Positions 34,003 through 43,607 of a DNA stretch of 46,454 nucleotides are shown here, piece after piece; the stretch's first letter is position 1; each line of letters opens with the position of its first letter. The position numbers and the translations under genes were made by a program. The notes under the pieces are model-generated. The model did no database searches. It saw nothing but the letters and a program-made list of their open reading frames with translations, and was not told the origin of the DNA. The stretch is from the NCBI GenBank assembly GCA_023246055.1, contig JAHFJD010000002.1:1-46454 (forward strand). Reading direction: 5' to 3'. The stretch is from Candidatus Doudnabacteria bacterium. GTDB lineage: Bacteria > Patescibacteriota > Doudnabacteria > UBA920 > 2-01-FULL-46-14.

Positions 34003-35091
34003 TCATTTAATAATCATACTTTTAAAATCTTTAGGGGGCTTTGGCAAGACCTCGTTGCCGAGATTCTTGACTAGCACCATATCTTCTATCCTCACCCCGC
34101 CCCAATTCTCAATATATATCCCAGGTTCGACAGTGACAACCATGTTCGGACGCAGAATATCCTCGGATGTGGCCGAAAAATTCGGCAATTCATGGATTTC
34201 CAATCCAACACCATGCCCGGTATTGTGGGTAAAATATTTGCCAAAGCCCGCCCGTTTGATGTGTCCGCGGGCTGCCTCGTCTATGAGCACCGCAGGATTG
34301 CCCGCAGTCGCTTTTTCAATTCCGCGCTGCTGCGCCTCCAAAACTGTATTATACACTGTTTCCTGCCTCCTCGTGGGGGTGCCGATGAAAAACGTGCGGG
34401 TAAAATCCGAATGATAGCCATCGACCAGGACGCCAAAGTCGAGGAGTAAAAAATTGCCGCGCTTGATTTTCTGCATGCTGGAAAGATGATGGGGAGCGGC
34501 TGCATTTGGTCCGAAGGCCACGATAGACTCAAAAGCCATGCCGCCCGCGCCAAACCGCACAGCCCAATCTCGCATCTTTTGCGATAGCGCGAGTTCAGTC
34601 ATCCCCGGAAGCGACATTTTCTTTACGGTCACAAAAATCTTATCGAGAATGGCCTGCGCTTTTCTAATGTATTTGATTTCCTGCGGGGTCTTTACCGCCC
34701 GTAGATTTTCAATGACATTGCTTGTCACTTCCCATTTCACACTTTTGAAGTCTTTTTTGAGGCGGCTGAATTCTTTGAGGCTAATCTTGTCTTCAATACC
34801 GATTCGACCTCTCCCCCAACCCCTCCCCAGGCCTGGGGAGGGTGGTCGGAGACCAGGAGAGGTCGAAAGCTTTTTAATTGATTTCACAAGGAGCGGCGAT
34901 TGTCTCTTTGCTCTGATTGTATACCGATCATCAACGTACAATTCCGCCCCGCGCTTGGTCACCAGTACTGCCCCCATTGACCCGGTAAACCCAGACACAT
35001 ACTGCCGATTTAATTTCGTCAGCACTAAAAAAGCATCCAGTGAATGCTCATCCAAATATCCTTGAATATTTTTAATTGAGTTTGGCTGCAA
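34003..35091 (-). CDS. Xaa-Pro aminopeptidase (M24 family)
   Basis: Contains HNTGHGVGLEIHE and VEPGIY. An in-frame PE-1 insertion sits in the N-terminal domain. Confidence 0.88.
   Translation of the reverse strand: MQPNSIKNIQGYLDEHSLDAFLVLTKLNRQYVSGFTGSMGAVLVTKRGAELYVDDRYTIRAKRQSPLLVKSIKKLSTSPGLRPPSPGLGRGWGRGRIGIEDKISLKEFSRLKKDFKSVKWEVTSNVIENLRAVKTPQEIKYIRKAQAILDKIFVTVKKMSLPGMTELALSQKMRDWAVRFGAGGMAFESIVAFGPNAAAPHHLSSMQKIKRGNFLLLDFGVLVDGYHSDFTRTFFIGTPTRRQETVYNTVLEAQQRGIEKATAGNPAVLIDEAARGHIKRAGFGKYFTHNTGHGVGLEIHELPNFSATSEDILRPNMVVTVEPGIYIENWGGVRIEDMVLVKNLGNEVLPKPPKDFKSMIIK
34805..34866. repeat. PE-1 element (long symmetric form) inside the aminopeptidase gene
   Basis: cgacctctcccccaacccctcccc-aggcct-ggggagggtggtcggagaccaggagaggtcg, translated as RPPSPGLGRGWGRGR. 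Confidence 0.85.
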
Positions 35092-36406
35092 AATAAGTTT
35101 TTAATTCTTCAATTTCTATTCGCTCCTGTTCCATAGTATCTCTGTCCCTCACCGTGACCTTCTTGTCCTCGAGCGAATCAAAATCCACGGTCACGCAGAA
35201 CGGCGTGCCGATTTCGTCTTGGCGCCGGTAGCGTTTGCCAATTGAAGCTGTTTCGTCGTAATCAACCATCCAGTATTTTGAAAGTGTTTTGCGAATATCA
35301 TCCGCAGCATTTATCAAGTTTTCTTTCCTGGAAAGCGGCAGGATGGCAATTTTAATCGGAGCGATTTCTTTGGGCAAGCGCAAAACAATCTCTTCTTCTT
35401 TTACGCTATCCGTGGTTTTAGTGCGGCCACCCTTGACCTCTTCATAGCACGAAAGCAGTACAGCTAGCACTGTCCGCTCAACACCCAGAGCCGGCTCGAT
35501 CACGTGCGGCGTGAATTTCTCGCCACTAACTGGATCGCGGTATTCAATTCCATGAGCTTTCAAATCATAATCTGTGCGGTAAGCTAGGCCATAGAGTTCC
35601 TTTTGCCCGAACGGGTATTTGAATTCAATATCAGTGGTGCGTTTGCTGTAATGCGCTCGCTCGCCATCGGGTACGTCAACATATTCAACTAATTTTTCAT
35701 CAATGCCGACAGCCTTGATCCAACGTTTCATTTCCTCAAGCCACATTTCGAAATACTTTTCCCAATCTTTTTCCTGAACAAAGTATTCTATTTCCATCAG
35801 CTCAAATTCCCGTTTGCGAAAAATGAAATTTCCCGGAGTTATCTCATTTCGAAAAGCTTTGCCCATCTGCGCCACGCCAAACGGAATCTTCTTGCGTGAC
35901 GTGTCGACTATCGTGGAAAAATCAACAAACATCGCTTGCGCTGTCTCTGGACGCAAATAAACCGTGTGCTCCGGCGCTTCAACTGGGCCAAGATTAGTGC
36001 GAAACATGGTGTTGAACTGCTTTACCTCGGTAAAATTTTTTCCAGCACAGTTAGGACACCCCTCATCGGACTTGAATCCTGAAGCTTTTGCACGAGGATT
36101 AAACTGCATTATCGGGCGAAAACGAGTGTGGCATTTTTTGCACTCCACCATCGGGTCATTGAAATTCTGCACATGCCCCGACGATTCCCAGACCTTCGAG
36201 CTCATAATCAAATCAGCATCCAGTCCGACGATATCCGGCCGCTCCTGCACAAACATCTTCCACCACAGCCGCTTCACATTGTTCTTTATTTCCGCGCCGA
36301 GCGGACCAAAGTCATAGGAGTTGGCCAGCCCACCGTAAATCTCCGAACCAGGGAAGATGATGCCTCGGCGTTTGCAGAGGTTGACGATTTTTTCAAGTGT
36401 TACCAT
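35072..36406 (-). CDS. glyQS: Glycyl-tRNA synthetase (dimeric class II type)
   Basis: 444 aa. N-terminal RRGIIFPGSEIYGGLANSYDFGPLG and class II motifs. Overlaps the downstream gene by 20 nt. Confidence 0.93.
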   Translation of the reverse strand: MVTLEKIVNLCKRRGIIFPGSEIYGGLANSYDFGPLGAEIKNNVKRLWWKMFVQERPDIVGLDADLIMSSKVWESSGHVQNFNDPMVECKKCHTRFRPIMQFNPRAKASGFKSDEGCPNCAGKNFTEVKQFNTMFRTNLGPVEAPEHTVYLRPETAQAMFVDFSTIVDTSRKKIPFGVAQMGKAFRNEITPGNFIFRKREFELMEIEYFVQEKDWEKYFEMWLEEMKRWIKAVGIDEKLVEYVDVPDGERAHYSKRTTDIEFKYPFGQKELYGLAYRTDYDLKAHGIEYRDPVSGEKFTPHVIEPALGVERTVLAVLLSCYEEVKGGRTKTTDSVKEEEIVLRLPKEIAPIKIAILPLSRKENLINAADDIRKTLSKYWMVDYDETASIGKRYRRQDEIGTPFCVTVDFDSLEDKKVTVRDRDTMEQERIEIEELKTYFAAKLN

Positions 36407-36438
36407 AAACTAAATAATACCATAAATTGGACAAAATG

Positions 36439-36478
36439 ATGAAGCCCTAGAAAATGGTGAAACTTTCCAGGGCTTCAT
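36439..36478 (-). promoter_or_regulatory. 10-bp-stem hairpin in the glyQS leader (terminator/attenuator-like)
   Basis: atgaagccct-(20 nt)-agggcttcat followed on the minus strand by CATTTTG, 33 nt before the ATG. Confidence 0.35.
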
Positions 36479-36625
36479 ATTTCCAAAAATCAACGTCTCC
36501 AAGAACAATGAGGCCAATTGTCGGAGGAACCAAGTGCTGCGGCGCAGAACGTTTGCTGACGGTAGCAGCACGAAAGTAGGCATCCCATTTTTGACGCTTC
36601 TGTCAAGAATCGCTACAATTAACGT

Positions 36626-36916
36626 ATGAATATTGATGAACTCAAAAACTTACTCACTCCGGTACTGCGGAATAGCTCTGTGGAATATGCAGGGGTGTTT
36701 GGCAGTGTTGCTAGAGGTGAAGCCAGACCAGACAGCGATGTTGACATCCTCGTGAAATTTTCCGGTCAGCCCACGTTTAGCGGTTTTCTTCAGCTGGAAG
36801 ATGATCTGCAAAAAACTCTCGGGCGAGAAGTTGACCTGGTTACCGAAGGGGGGGTGAATAAATTTTTGCGGCCGCAAATCGAGCAAGATCTAAAAATCAT
36901 ATATGGACAAAGATAA
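36626..36916 (+). CDS. MNT-type nucleotidyltransferase (MntA-like antitoxin)
   Basis: Contains GVFGSVARGEARPDSDVDILV. Confidence 0.85.
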   Translation: MNIDELKNLLTPVLRNSSVEYAGVFGSVARGEARPDSDVDILVKFSGQPTFSGFLQLEDDLQKTLGREVDLVTEGGVNKFLRPQIEQDLKIIYGQR

Positions 36917-37220
36917 AATTTATCTCCAGGAAATTCAAGAGTTTTGCTCGAAAATTATCTCATTCACCAAAGACGTCAGCTATAATGAATTTATTGCCGA
37001 TGAGAAACTGCAGCTGTCAGTTATAAAGCTCATCGAAAATGTTGGCGAGGCTTCGAAGCGACTGTCTGAAAATGCTCGGGAAAGTCACCATAATGTAGAT
37101 TGGAAAAAAGCTATGGCCATGCGAGACCGCCTAGTGCACGATTATATGGATACTGATCTGGCGATTGTTTTTGACGTAGCAAAAAACGAAATACCCGCTC
37201 TCTTGAAGACTTTGGGCTAA
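36903..37220 (+). CDS. HEPN-domain (DUF86/HepT-like) toxin
   Basis: RDRLVHDY (Rx4H motif). Overlaps the MNT gene by 14 nt. Confidence 0.85.
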   Translation: MDKDKIYLQEIQEFCSKIISFTKDVSYNEFIADEKLQLSVIKLIENVGEASKRLSENARESHHNVDWKKAMAMRDRLVHDYMDTDLAIVFDVAKNEIPALLKTLG

Positions 37221-37223
37221 CGA

Positions 37224-38480
37224 ATGAATTTTTTTGAAATCCAAAAAAAAGACCCAAAATCGCAAGCGCGGCTCGGGGTCATCAATACCGCTCACGGACC
37301 AGTTAAAACTCCAGCTTTTTTGCCAATTGGCACTAGAGGCTCTGTCAAAACCGTGACCGCAGAAGAGCTCCGATTTTGGGGAGCGGAAATGATCCTGGCT
37401 AACACCTATCATCTCTGGATGCGGCCTGGAGATACGTTAATTGCCAGGGCAGGCGGTTTGCACAAATTCATTGGCTGGGACGGACCTATTTTTACTGATT
37501 CTGGTGGATACCAAGTCTATTCTCTGGGAGAAAAAATCGTCTCGTCATTGCGAGGTAACCCGAAACAATCTAATTCAGAGATTGCCGCGCGGAGTACCGC
37601 TCGCAATGACCTGCAAGAGAAAGGTCCGATTCTCAAAGGCATTAGCAATGTTGGAGTCGAATTTCGAAACGAGCTTGATGGAGCGACTCATGTGCTAACT
37701 CCAGAGGAATCAATCCAGATCCAATCAAACCTCGGATCTGATATTGCGCTCGTGCTCGACGACGTGCCAGCACTGCCGGCGAGCAAGAAACGGCTGGAGG
37801 ATTCCCTAAGGCTCACCTTGCACTGGGCCAAACGCGCCAAATCGCATTACGAAAAGATAATCGAAGCATCGGTGAACCCTGGCCAAAAACTCTATGGCAT
37901 TGTGCAAGGCGGAGATTTGGAAGAGTTGAGAGCAAAATCTGTTCAAGGTCTGCAAAAAATCGGGTTTGACGGATACGGAATCGGGGGGCTAGCGATCGGT
38001 GCCGTAGCAGATAACCCTGAAATAATGTACCGCGTGATCAAAGCTACAACTCCGCACCTCGAAGAAAACAAACCCCGACACCTGCTGGGTGTCGGTTATC
38101 CCGAACAAATTGTCAAGGCTGTGAGCCTCGGCATAGATACTTTCGATTGCGTCATTCCCACGAGAAACGCTCGTCATGCCCAGCTATTTGTGAATTCCAA
38201 GACCTCTCCTTTCTCCCCTCCTAGTGAGGAGGGGTCGGGGGAGGTTAAAAATTATGATCTCATCACCATCACGAACGCTCAATTCAAAGAGGACTTCACC
38301 CCAGTTGACAATACCTGCTCGTGCTACCTCTGCCTGCATCACAACCGCGCGTATTTGCGGCACTTATTCATGAGTGGGGAGCCGCTCGGCATCAGGCTTG
38401 CCACCATGCACAATCTGCGATTCTATCTAGATCTCATGGAAAAAATCCGCCGCGCTATTGAATTTGATTCGTTAGTTTAA
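37224..38480 (+). CDS. tgt: Queuine tRNA-ribosyltransferase with two in-frame repeat insertions
   Basis: Contains GWDGPIFTDSGGYQV, GIGGLAIG and Zn motif CSCYLCLHHNRAYLRHL. 418 aa versus about 375 typical. Confidence 0.92.
   Translation: MNFFEIQKKDPKSQARLGVINTAHGPVKTPAFLPIGTRGSVKTVTAEELRFWGAEMILANTYHLWMRPGDTLIARAGGLHKFIGWDGPIFTDSGGYQVYSLGEKIVSSLRGNPKQSNSEIAARSTARNDLQEKGPILKGISNVGVEFRNELDGATHVLTPEESIQIQSNLGSDIALVLDDVPALPASKKRLEDSLRLTLHWAKRAKSHYEKIIEASVNPGQKLYGIVQGGDLEELRAKSVQGLQKIGFDGYGIGGLAIGAVADNPEIMYRVIKATTPHLEENKPRHLLGVGYPEQIVKAVSLGIDTFDCVIPTRNARHAQLFVNSKTSPFSPPSEEGSGEVKNYDLITITNAQFKEDFTPVDNTCSCYLCLHHNRAYLRHLFMSGEPLGIRLATMHNLRFYLDLMEKIRRAIEFDSLV
37544..37610. repeat. PE-3 element inside tgt
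   Basis: gtcattgcgagg...(45 nt)...ctcgcaatgac, translated as SSLRGNPKQSNSEIAARSTARNDL. Confidence 0.8.
38203..38245. repeat. PE-1 element inside tgt
   Basis: cccctcc-tagt-gaggagggg-tcgggggaggt, translated as SPFSPPSEEGSGEV. Confidence 0.8.
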
Positions 38481-38585
38481 CCGTCTAGCTTCAATCCGAC
38501 TTTTTCGGCGAGTTGCAAAATCCATTTTTCATGTCTGGCGTTCTTGTTTGCCAAGGGTGCATATTCTGGCTGCCAAAAACGAAAA

Positions 38586-38900
38586 CTACCTGATTTGAAA
38601 CATTCTTTTTATCCTATCGGCTAATTCAATTTCATTTAGACCACGCAGGTGTTTCACGAGCGCTGGTTTGTCACGCACCATTTCATCAAATGTTTGCCTG
38701 GCTTCGTTACGCGCCTTCTCGAGTGCGTCAAACTGTGCACGGTTGTCATCGACATGCTGATGGACCTCCGCAAAGTCATCAAAACCACCCATCCTTGCGA
38801 CGAATTCATTTGCTGCGTCCACAGCTTTAGACAAAGTTCTGGCCAAATTGACCTGCTCATCGAGCGATAATAGTTGCGGTTCTGTATGTTCGCCTTCCAT
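38586..38900 (-). CDS. Hypothetical acidic helical protein (104 aa)
   Basis: Clean ORF with no recognisable motif. Confidence 0.45.
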   Translation of the reverse strand: MEGEHTEPQLLSLDEQVNLARTLSKAVDAANEFVARMGGFDDFAEVHQHVDDNRAQFDALEKARNEARQTFDEMVRDKPALVKHLRGLNEIELADRIKRMFQIR

Positions 38901-38968
38901 ATAATTTTCTTCTATTTAATTGTGTAAATGGGGCATAGGTACATTATAAACTCAGTACCTAAGAAGTC

Positions 38969-38988
38969 AAAAACCGCCACTAGGACGG
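38969..38988 (-). terminator. Weak rho-independent terminator after pnp
   Basis: Minus strand reads CCGTC-ctagtg-GCGG followed by TTTTT, 12 nt after the pnp stop. Confidence 0.4.
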
Positions 38989-38999
38989 TTTTGAAGCTA

Positions 39000-41225
39000 T
39001 TATTGTTTTGCTATATACCGATTGAGATCTGGTTTGCCGTGCGGGCGGCTGCCGCGCGGGCCGCCTCTATGACTGCCGTGGTCTCCGCCGCGGGGTCGGT
39101 CATAGCCGCCTGAACTACCAGTATCGCCACCAGGCAAGAGTGCTTTGCGCGACAAATTGATGCGGCCCATGTCATCAACTGCAATTACTTTCACCCTCAC
39201 CAGGTCGCCAATATTGACCACATCAGTAACTTTTTCCACGCGCCGGTTCTCCAGCTCGGAAATATGAATCATTCCGTCTTGCCCGGGAAGGATTTCTACA
39301 AACGCGCCGAAATCCAAAATCTTGACCACTTTTCCCTCAAACTCTTCACCTGGCATAACTTCACGCACAAGATTTTTGATCCAGTCCACAGCTTTTATCG
39401 CTGCGGCAGCATCAGTTGAGGTAATCATCACCATTCCATCGTCCTCAATATCTATTTTCACTCCAGTCTCGGCAATGATGTTGTTTATTACCTTGCCACC
39501 TGGGCCGATTACTTCGCGAATCTTTTCAGGATTGATCATAAACGAAGTGATACGCGGCGCGTATTGTGACATTTCCGCACGAGGAGCCGGAATCGCGGCT
39601 AGCATCTTCTCTAGGATAAACATGCGACCAGTTTTTGCTTGCTCGAGTGCTGCAGTCAAAATTTCCACTGTCAGCCCTTTGACCTTGATATCAAGCTGCA
39701 GCGCTGTGATGCCATCTTTTGTGCCGGCCACCTTGAAATCCATGTGCCCGTTGCCGTCCTCGATTCCTTGAATATCACTCAAGATTTTATAATCCCCATC
39801 GCTGCCCATAACGAGACCCATGGCTATCCCTGAGACTGGGGATTTTATAGGGACTCCGGCATCCATAAGCGCCAGGGTACTTCCACACGTGGAGCCCATT
39901 GACGTTGAACCATTTGAGGATAAAACCTCGGAGACTAAACGGACCGTGTATGGAAAATCTTCTTTCTTTGGAATCATCGGCACAAGTGCTCGCTCTGCAA
40001 GCGCTCCGTGCCCGATCTCGCGTCTTCCCGGAGAACGCAAAGGCTGGACCTCGCCCACAGAATACCCAGGAAAATTATAATGATGGATATAGCGCTTGTC
40101 CCGCTCAAGAGGAGTATCAAGGTCTTCTAGAAGCTGCACATCATCTGGCCCGCCCAAAGTGACTGTTGTCAGAACCTGGGTTTCCCCCCTTTGGAAGAGT
40201 CCAGAACCGTGCACGCGCGGTAGGAGCCCGACCTCACAACTGATTGGTCTGATCTGATCGAGAGCTCTGCCATCCACTCTTTTGTCCTGTTTGAGGATCG
40301 ACTGCTGGATGAGAGTCTTCATCATTTTTTCAAAAGCGTACTCAGCATGCTTTTCCAGGTTTTCATCCTCGCCCGAGGCTTCACGGATTATCTTTTCCCT
40401 GGCAAGAGAAATGCGATTCTCGCGTTCAGCGCGATCAGTAGTAAACAAGGCATCAGAGAGTTCTTTCTCTGCTTGGTAAACCCGCTCCGCAACTTGCTCA
40501 TCGGGAGCAAACAGCGTGAGTTGTTTTTTTGGCGCGCCCGCATTTTTGCGGATATGTTTGATTGCGGCGATAATATTTTTGATATGTCCCTGCGCAAATC
40601 TGATAGCTTCCAACATTTCCGGCTCTGATACTTCATGCGCCCCTGCTTCCACCATGATGATATGATCCTCTGTGCCGGAAACTATGAGATCGAGGGTGCT
40701 TTCGTTTGCTATCTGGGTAAATGACGGGTTCAAAACAAGCTTACCACCGATTTTACCAACCCTGACTCCCGCGACCGGTCCGTCCCACGGAATGTCGGAA
40801 ATTTCAATGGCCGCGGAAGCGGCAGAAAGCCCGATGATATCCGGATCATTTTCTCCGTCAACAGAGAGCACGGTTACTACGACCTGAATGTCATTTCGAA
40901 TATTGCTATCAAACATGGGCCGCAGGCTCCGGTCAATGACCCGTCCAGAAAGGATCGCCTCGTCAGAAGGCCGCCCCTCACGCTTCACCCACCGCGACCC
41001 TTTGATTTTGCCGGCTGCGTAAAGCTTTTCTTCATAATCCACCATCAGCGGCAAATAATCAATGCCATCGCGCGGTTTGCTGCCCATCACCACAGTGCCC
41101 ATCACCACAGTGTCGCCAACACGGATGGTTGCTGATCCGGAAGCCTGCATAGCAAATTTACCTGTACCAAGGGTCCAGGTTTTACCGTCAAGCTTCGCAT
41201 CCAGCGAATATTCTTTTGTACTCAT
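39000..41225 (-). CDS. pnp: Polyribonucleotide nucleotidyltransferase (PNPase) with an RGG-rich C-terminal tail
   Basis: ATG at 41225 (MSTKEYSL). Two RNase PH domains, then KH and S1 ([15 protein letters not shown]). The tail reads [25 protein letters not shown]. Confidence 0.95.
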   Translation of the reverse strand: MSTKEYSLDAKLDGKTWTLGTGKFAMQASGSATIRVGDTVVMGTVVMGSKPRDGIDYLPLMVDYEEKLYAAGKIKGSRWVKREGRPSDEAILSGRVIDRSLRPMFDSNIRNDIQVVVTVLSVDGENDPDIIGLSAASAAIEISDIPWDGPVAGVRVGKIGGKLVLNPSFTQIANESTLDLIVSGTEDHIIMVEAGAHEVSEPEMLEAIRFAQGHIKNIIAAIKHIRKNAGAPKKQLTLFAPDEQVAERVYQAEKELSDALFTTDRAERENRISLAREKIIREASGEDENLEKHAEYAFEKMMKTLIQQSILKQDKRVDGRALDQIRPISCEVGLLPRVHGSGLFQRGETQVLTTVTLGGPDDVQLLEDLDTPLERDKRYIHHYNFPGYSVGEVQPLRSPGRREIGHGALAERALVPMIPKKEDFPYTVRLVSEVLSSNGSTSMGSTCGSTLALMDAGVPIKSPVSGIAMGLVMGSDGDYKILSDIQGIEDGNGHMDFKVAGTKDGITALQLDIKVKGLTVEILTAALEQAKTGRMFILEKMLAAIPAPRAEMSQYAPRITSFMINPEKIREVIGPGGKVINNIIAETGVKIDIEDDGMVMITSTDAAAAIKAVDWIKNLVREVMPGEEFEGKVVKILDFGAFVEILPGQDGMIHISELENRRVEKVTDVVNIGDLVRVKVIAVDDMGRINLSRKALLPGGDTGSSGGYDRPRGGDHGSHRGGPRGSRPHGKPDLNRYIAKQ

Positions 41226-41362
41226 TATCTTTTGGTTTCTTCCGGCAATCGCGTTTTTGAGAAAATCCCGTCCTGTAATCGTACAAGCTAAGATCCTCTC
41301 AACAACGTTCCCGGAGAAACCCTTATCTATCACTCCCGTCCGCCTAAAGCGGAGGAATACAG

Positions 41363-41383
41363 TTACTTATTACTTATAACTTA
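41363..41383. repeat. 3 x 7-bp tandem repeat TTACTTA in the pnp 5' region
   Basis: ttactta ttactta taactta. The motif is related to the TACTTAC repeat at 53-80. Confidence 0.8.
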
Positions 41384-41454
41384 TCTTTTTGTATTTATGC
41401 AAGGATTTTACCAAATTCCACCGGCTTACGCAAGCCCGCTACATTTATAGTGAT

Positions 41455-43109
41455 TTACGCCCCAGGATTTCTGGTCACAAGGTTACTGACAATCGTCACA
41501 ATGGCATAAGCCATGATAATGATGACAATGCCGATGACAGCGCCGGTGATGGTTTTTTTGGCTTTTTCCGTGGCTTCCTCATTGCCGCGCGCGGCAATAT
41601 ACTGAAACCCGCCGACTAGCAAGAACAGGACAGCAATGCCGCCAGCAAAATACAGCATCCAGCCAATAGCCCTGGTGAGCAGGGAACCGAAATCCCTGAT
41701 ATCGACGAGGTAGTTTGGGGCAGGGTTTTGGATTCCACCGCTGCCACCTCCACCTGTGCCAGTATTTCCTGCACCGCCTGAGTTAGTGTTGTTTATTCCG
41801 CCACTATTAGTTCCCGCATTACCGGCACCAGCATTTGAATTCTGCACGTTAACAGAAATTTCTGCGGGAACAGCTTGGTTCCCTGAACTATCTTGACCTG
41901 TCGCCACAAATGTATGCTCGCCATTGGAAAGCGTACTGGTATCAAGATTGACAGTAAAAAAGGGGCGGCGACTCCGCTTCCCATAGAAACGTCATCGGCC
42001 TTGATGTCGGGACTAATATCATCCCGACTGCTCCCCCAATCAGATGCATAGACCGTAACTGGAACAGTACCAGAGACTGTTGAATCGTCTGCCGGGCTAG
42101 TGAAATGAATCGTCGGCGACTTTGGATCGCAGGACAGCCATTTGCCCGCGGCATTGGGAGAAACTCTCACGCTCACCGAAAGGCTTGAAGGATCAGAAAT
42201 ACTAGGCTCAACGGTGAGTACGGACTCGAGGCTATGAGCAGCTATTTCTGCGTCAGAAAGACCGTCGCGGAAAACGTCAATGGTTTTTTGTGCGCCTGGT
42301 TGAAGTGTGTACGTATAAACCAGCATGTCCTGCGTACGTATTGGTGGACCCGTTGGACATAGATGTTGAGCCGTGCCCTGGAACCCGCTATAGAGGTGAT
42401 TTCGCACCGTAAAAGTAACTGGGACTGATTTATTGTTGGTCAGTGTCATTTTTGTCTGCCACCCGTTAGGCCAATCGGGCCAGTTGTGCCAAAAATTCCC
42501 ATACGATGTAAAGAACACCTTCTGGTCAGGGTCCCAACTAGTTGGAATATCTGAACCCCAAACATCCCATCCCTTAAAATACGCATCTTCTAAACTATTT
42601 TGTGATGATCCCCGGATCGTGAAAAGATGAGGATCAAATGAGTAAAACGGCTTCGCTGAAATCCCATTGTAATCTATGCTCTCAATGATGACTGTGCCTG
42701 TCCACTGGAAGGGCCTATTATCTTGGACCCCAGGAAAAGAAACATTCATAAAATTCCAGTTCGTCCCTATCCATGGATTTGAAGGAGTGTAACCGCTAAT
42801 TTCGCGGGGTCCGTAATACGCGGAGCAACCGCCCGTTACATGCGGACAATCGATTACATAGTTTGGATCGTCCGATATGAATGAAACTTGTACCCATGTA
42901 GTATCTGGATTCGGATTGCCTATTCCAGCAGCAAAATCTTGGACTTCCCAGCCTGGAGAAATCTCTTTGGCATACGCTTCCATTCCGGTATATTCAAAGC
43001 GGATCTGTTTTGTGGCAGCTGCTGCTGGCAAGGCAAAATAAAATCCTCCTAAAAAGACACCTAAAATCAAAAAAAAATTGATAAAGTTCAGGAGGTTATT
43101 TATTTTCAT
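41455..43109 (-). CDS. Surface protein (signal peptide, Ig-like domain, Gly/Asn-rich linker, VirB2/TrbC-like two-TM anchor) interrupted by a -1 frameshift
   Basis: The zero frame (43109 to 41793) and the -1 frame (about 41990 to 41455) join at a C4T6 run (41956-41965). The joined read is ...GSGVAAPFFTVNLDTSTLSNGEHTFVATGQDSSGNQA. The C-terminus is AIGWMLYFAGGIAVLFLLVGGFQYIAARGNEEATEKAKKTITGAVIGIVIIIMAY. Confidence 0.6.
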
Positions 43110-43157
43110 GGCAACTTTGAATTTGGTTTCGGTGTAGGAATGACCTAACCATTTTCT

Positions 43158-43185
43158 GTCATTCCTGGGAAATGCGGGAATCCAG
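43158..43185. repeat. PE-2 element (half copy, intergenic)
   Basis: gtcattcctgggaaatgcgggaatccag. Confidence 0.7.
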
Positions 43186-43193
43186 ATAACGGA

Positions 43194-43460
43194 TCATTTC
43201 TTCAACTTCAATTTCTCCACAATCTTTTCGTGCCGTTTTTCGTCTTCGCCCTTGAGGTATCGAAGTAACCGGCGGCGGTTGCCAACCATCTTCAAAAGCC
43301 CACGGCGGGAGTGGTTATCCTTTTTGTGCTTCTCCAAGTGCTTTGCCACCTCTTCGATTTCCGTTGTCAAAATCGCGATCTGCACCTCGGGAGACCCGGT
43401 ATCACCCTTATGGGTCTGAAATTTTTTGATTATGGTTTCCTTTTGCTTATTCGACAGCAT
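43194..43460 (-). CDS. rpsO: 30S ribosomal protein S15
   Basis: ATG at 43460. Contains [14 protein letters not shown] and [15 protein letters not shown]. Confidence 0.93.
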   Translation of the reverse strand: MLSNKQKETIIKKFQTHKGDTGSPEVQIAILTTEIEEVAKHLEKHKKDNHSRRGLLKMVGNRRRLLRYLKGEDEKRHEKIVEKLKLKK

Positions 43461-43552
43461 GAAAAGAATATTAACATAAAGTTTCCTAGCCTGCAAGTCG
43501 TCAAAATTTCGTTTTTCTCTCCTGGGACGGGAAGAATCAAGGAGGAATCTTG

Positions 43553-43607
43553 CCTCTCCCTCTTCCATTCCCTCGCCCCCTTACGGGGAGAGTGTTAGGG
43601 TGAGGGG
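43553..43607. repeat. PE-1 element upstream of rpsO
   Basis: ccctcgccccc-ttac-ggggagag-tgttagggtgagggg. Confidence 0.75.

Noticed and set aside
36407-36625. T-box riboswitch leader upstream of glyQS
   Set aside because: A terminator-like hairpin exists (36439-36478). I could not find the conserved T-box sequence (AAnnnGGGTGGTACCGCG-like), a stem I with a GGC specifier, or an antiterminator alternative. I kept it only as a low-confidence leader hairpin.
3291-43607. An apparent uniform plus-strand orientation of PE-1 copies (G-rich tail always on the right), suggesting replication-strand bias
   Set aside because: On re-reading, the tatD copy (29600-29624) has the tail on the opposite side. 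Several copies (24375-24443, 34805-34866) are symmetric, so orientation cannot be scored reliably by eye.
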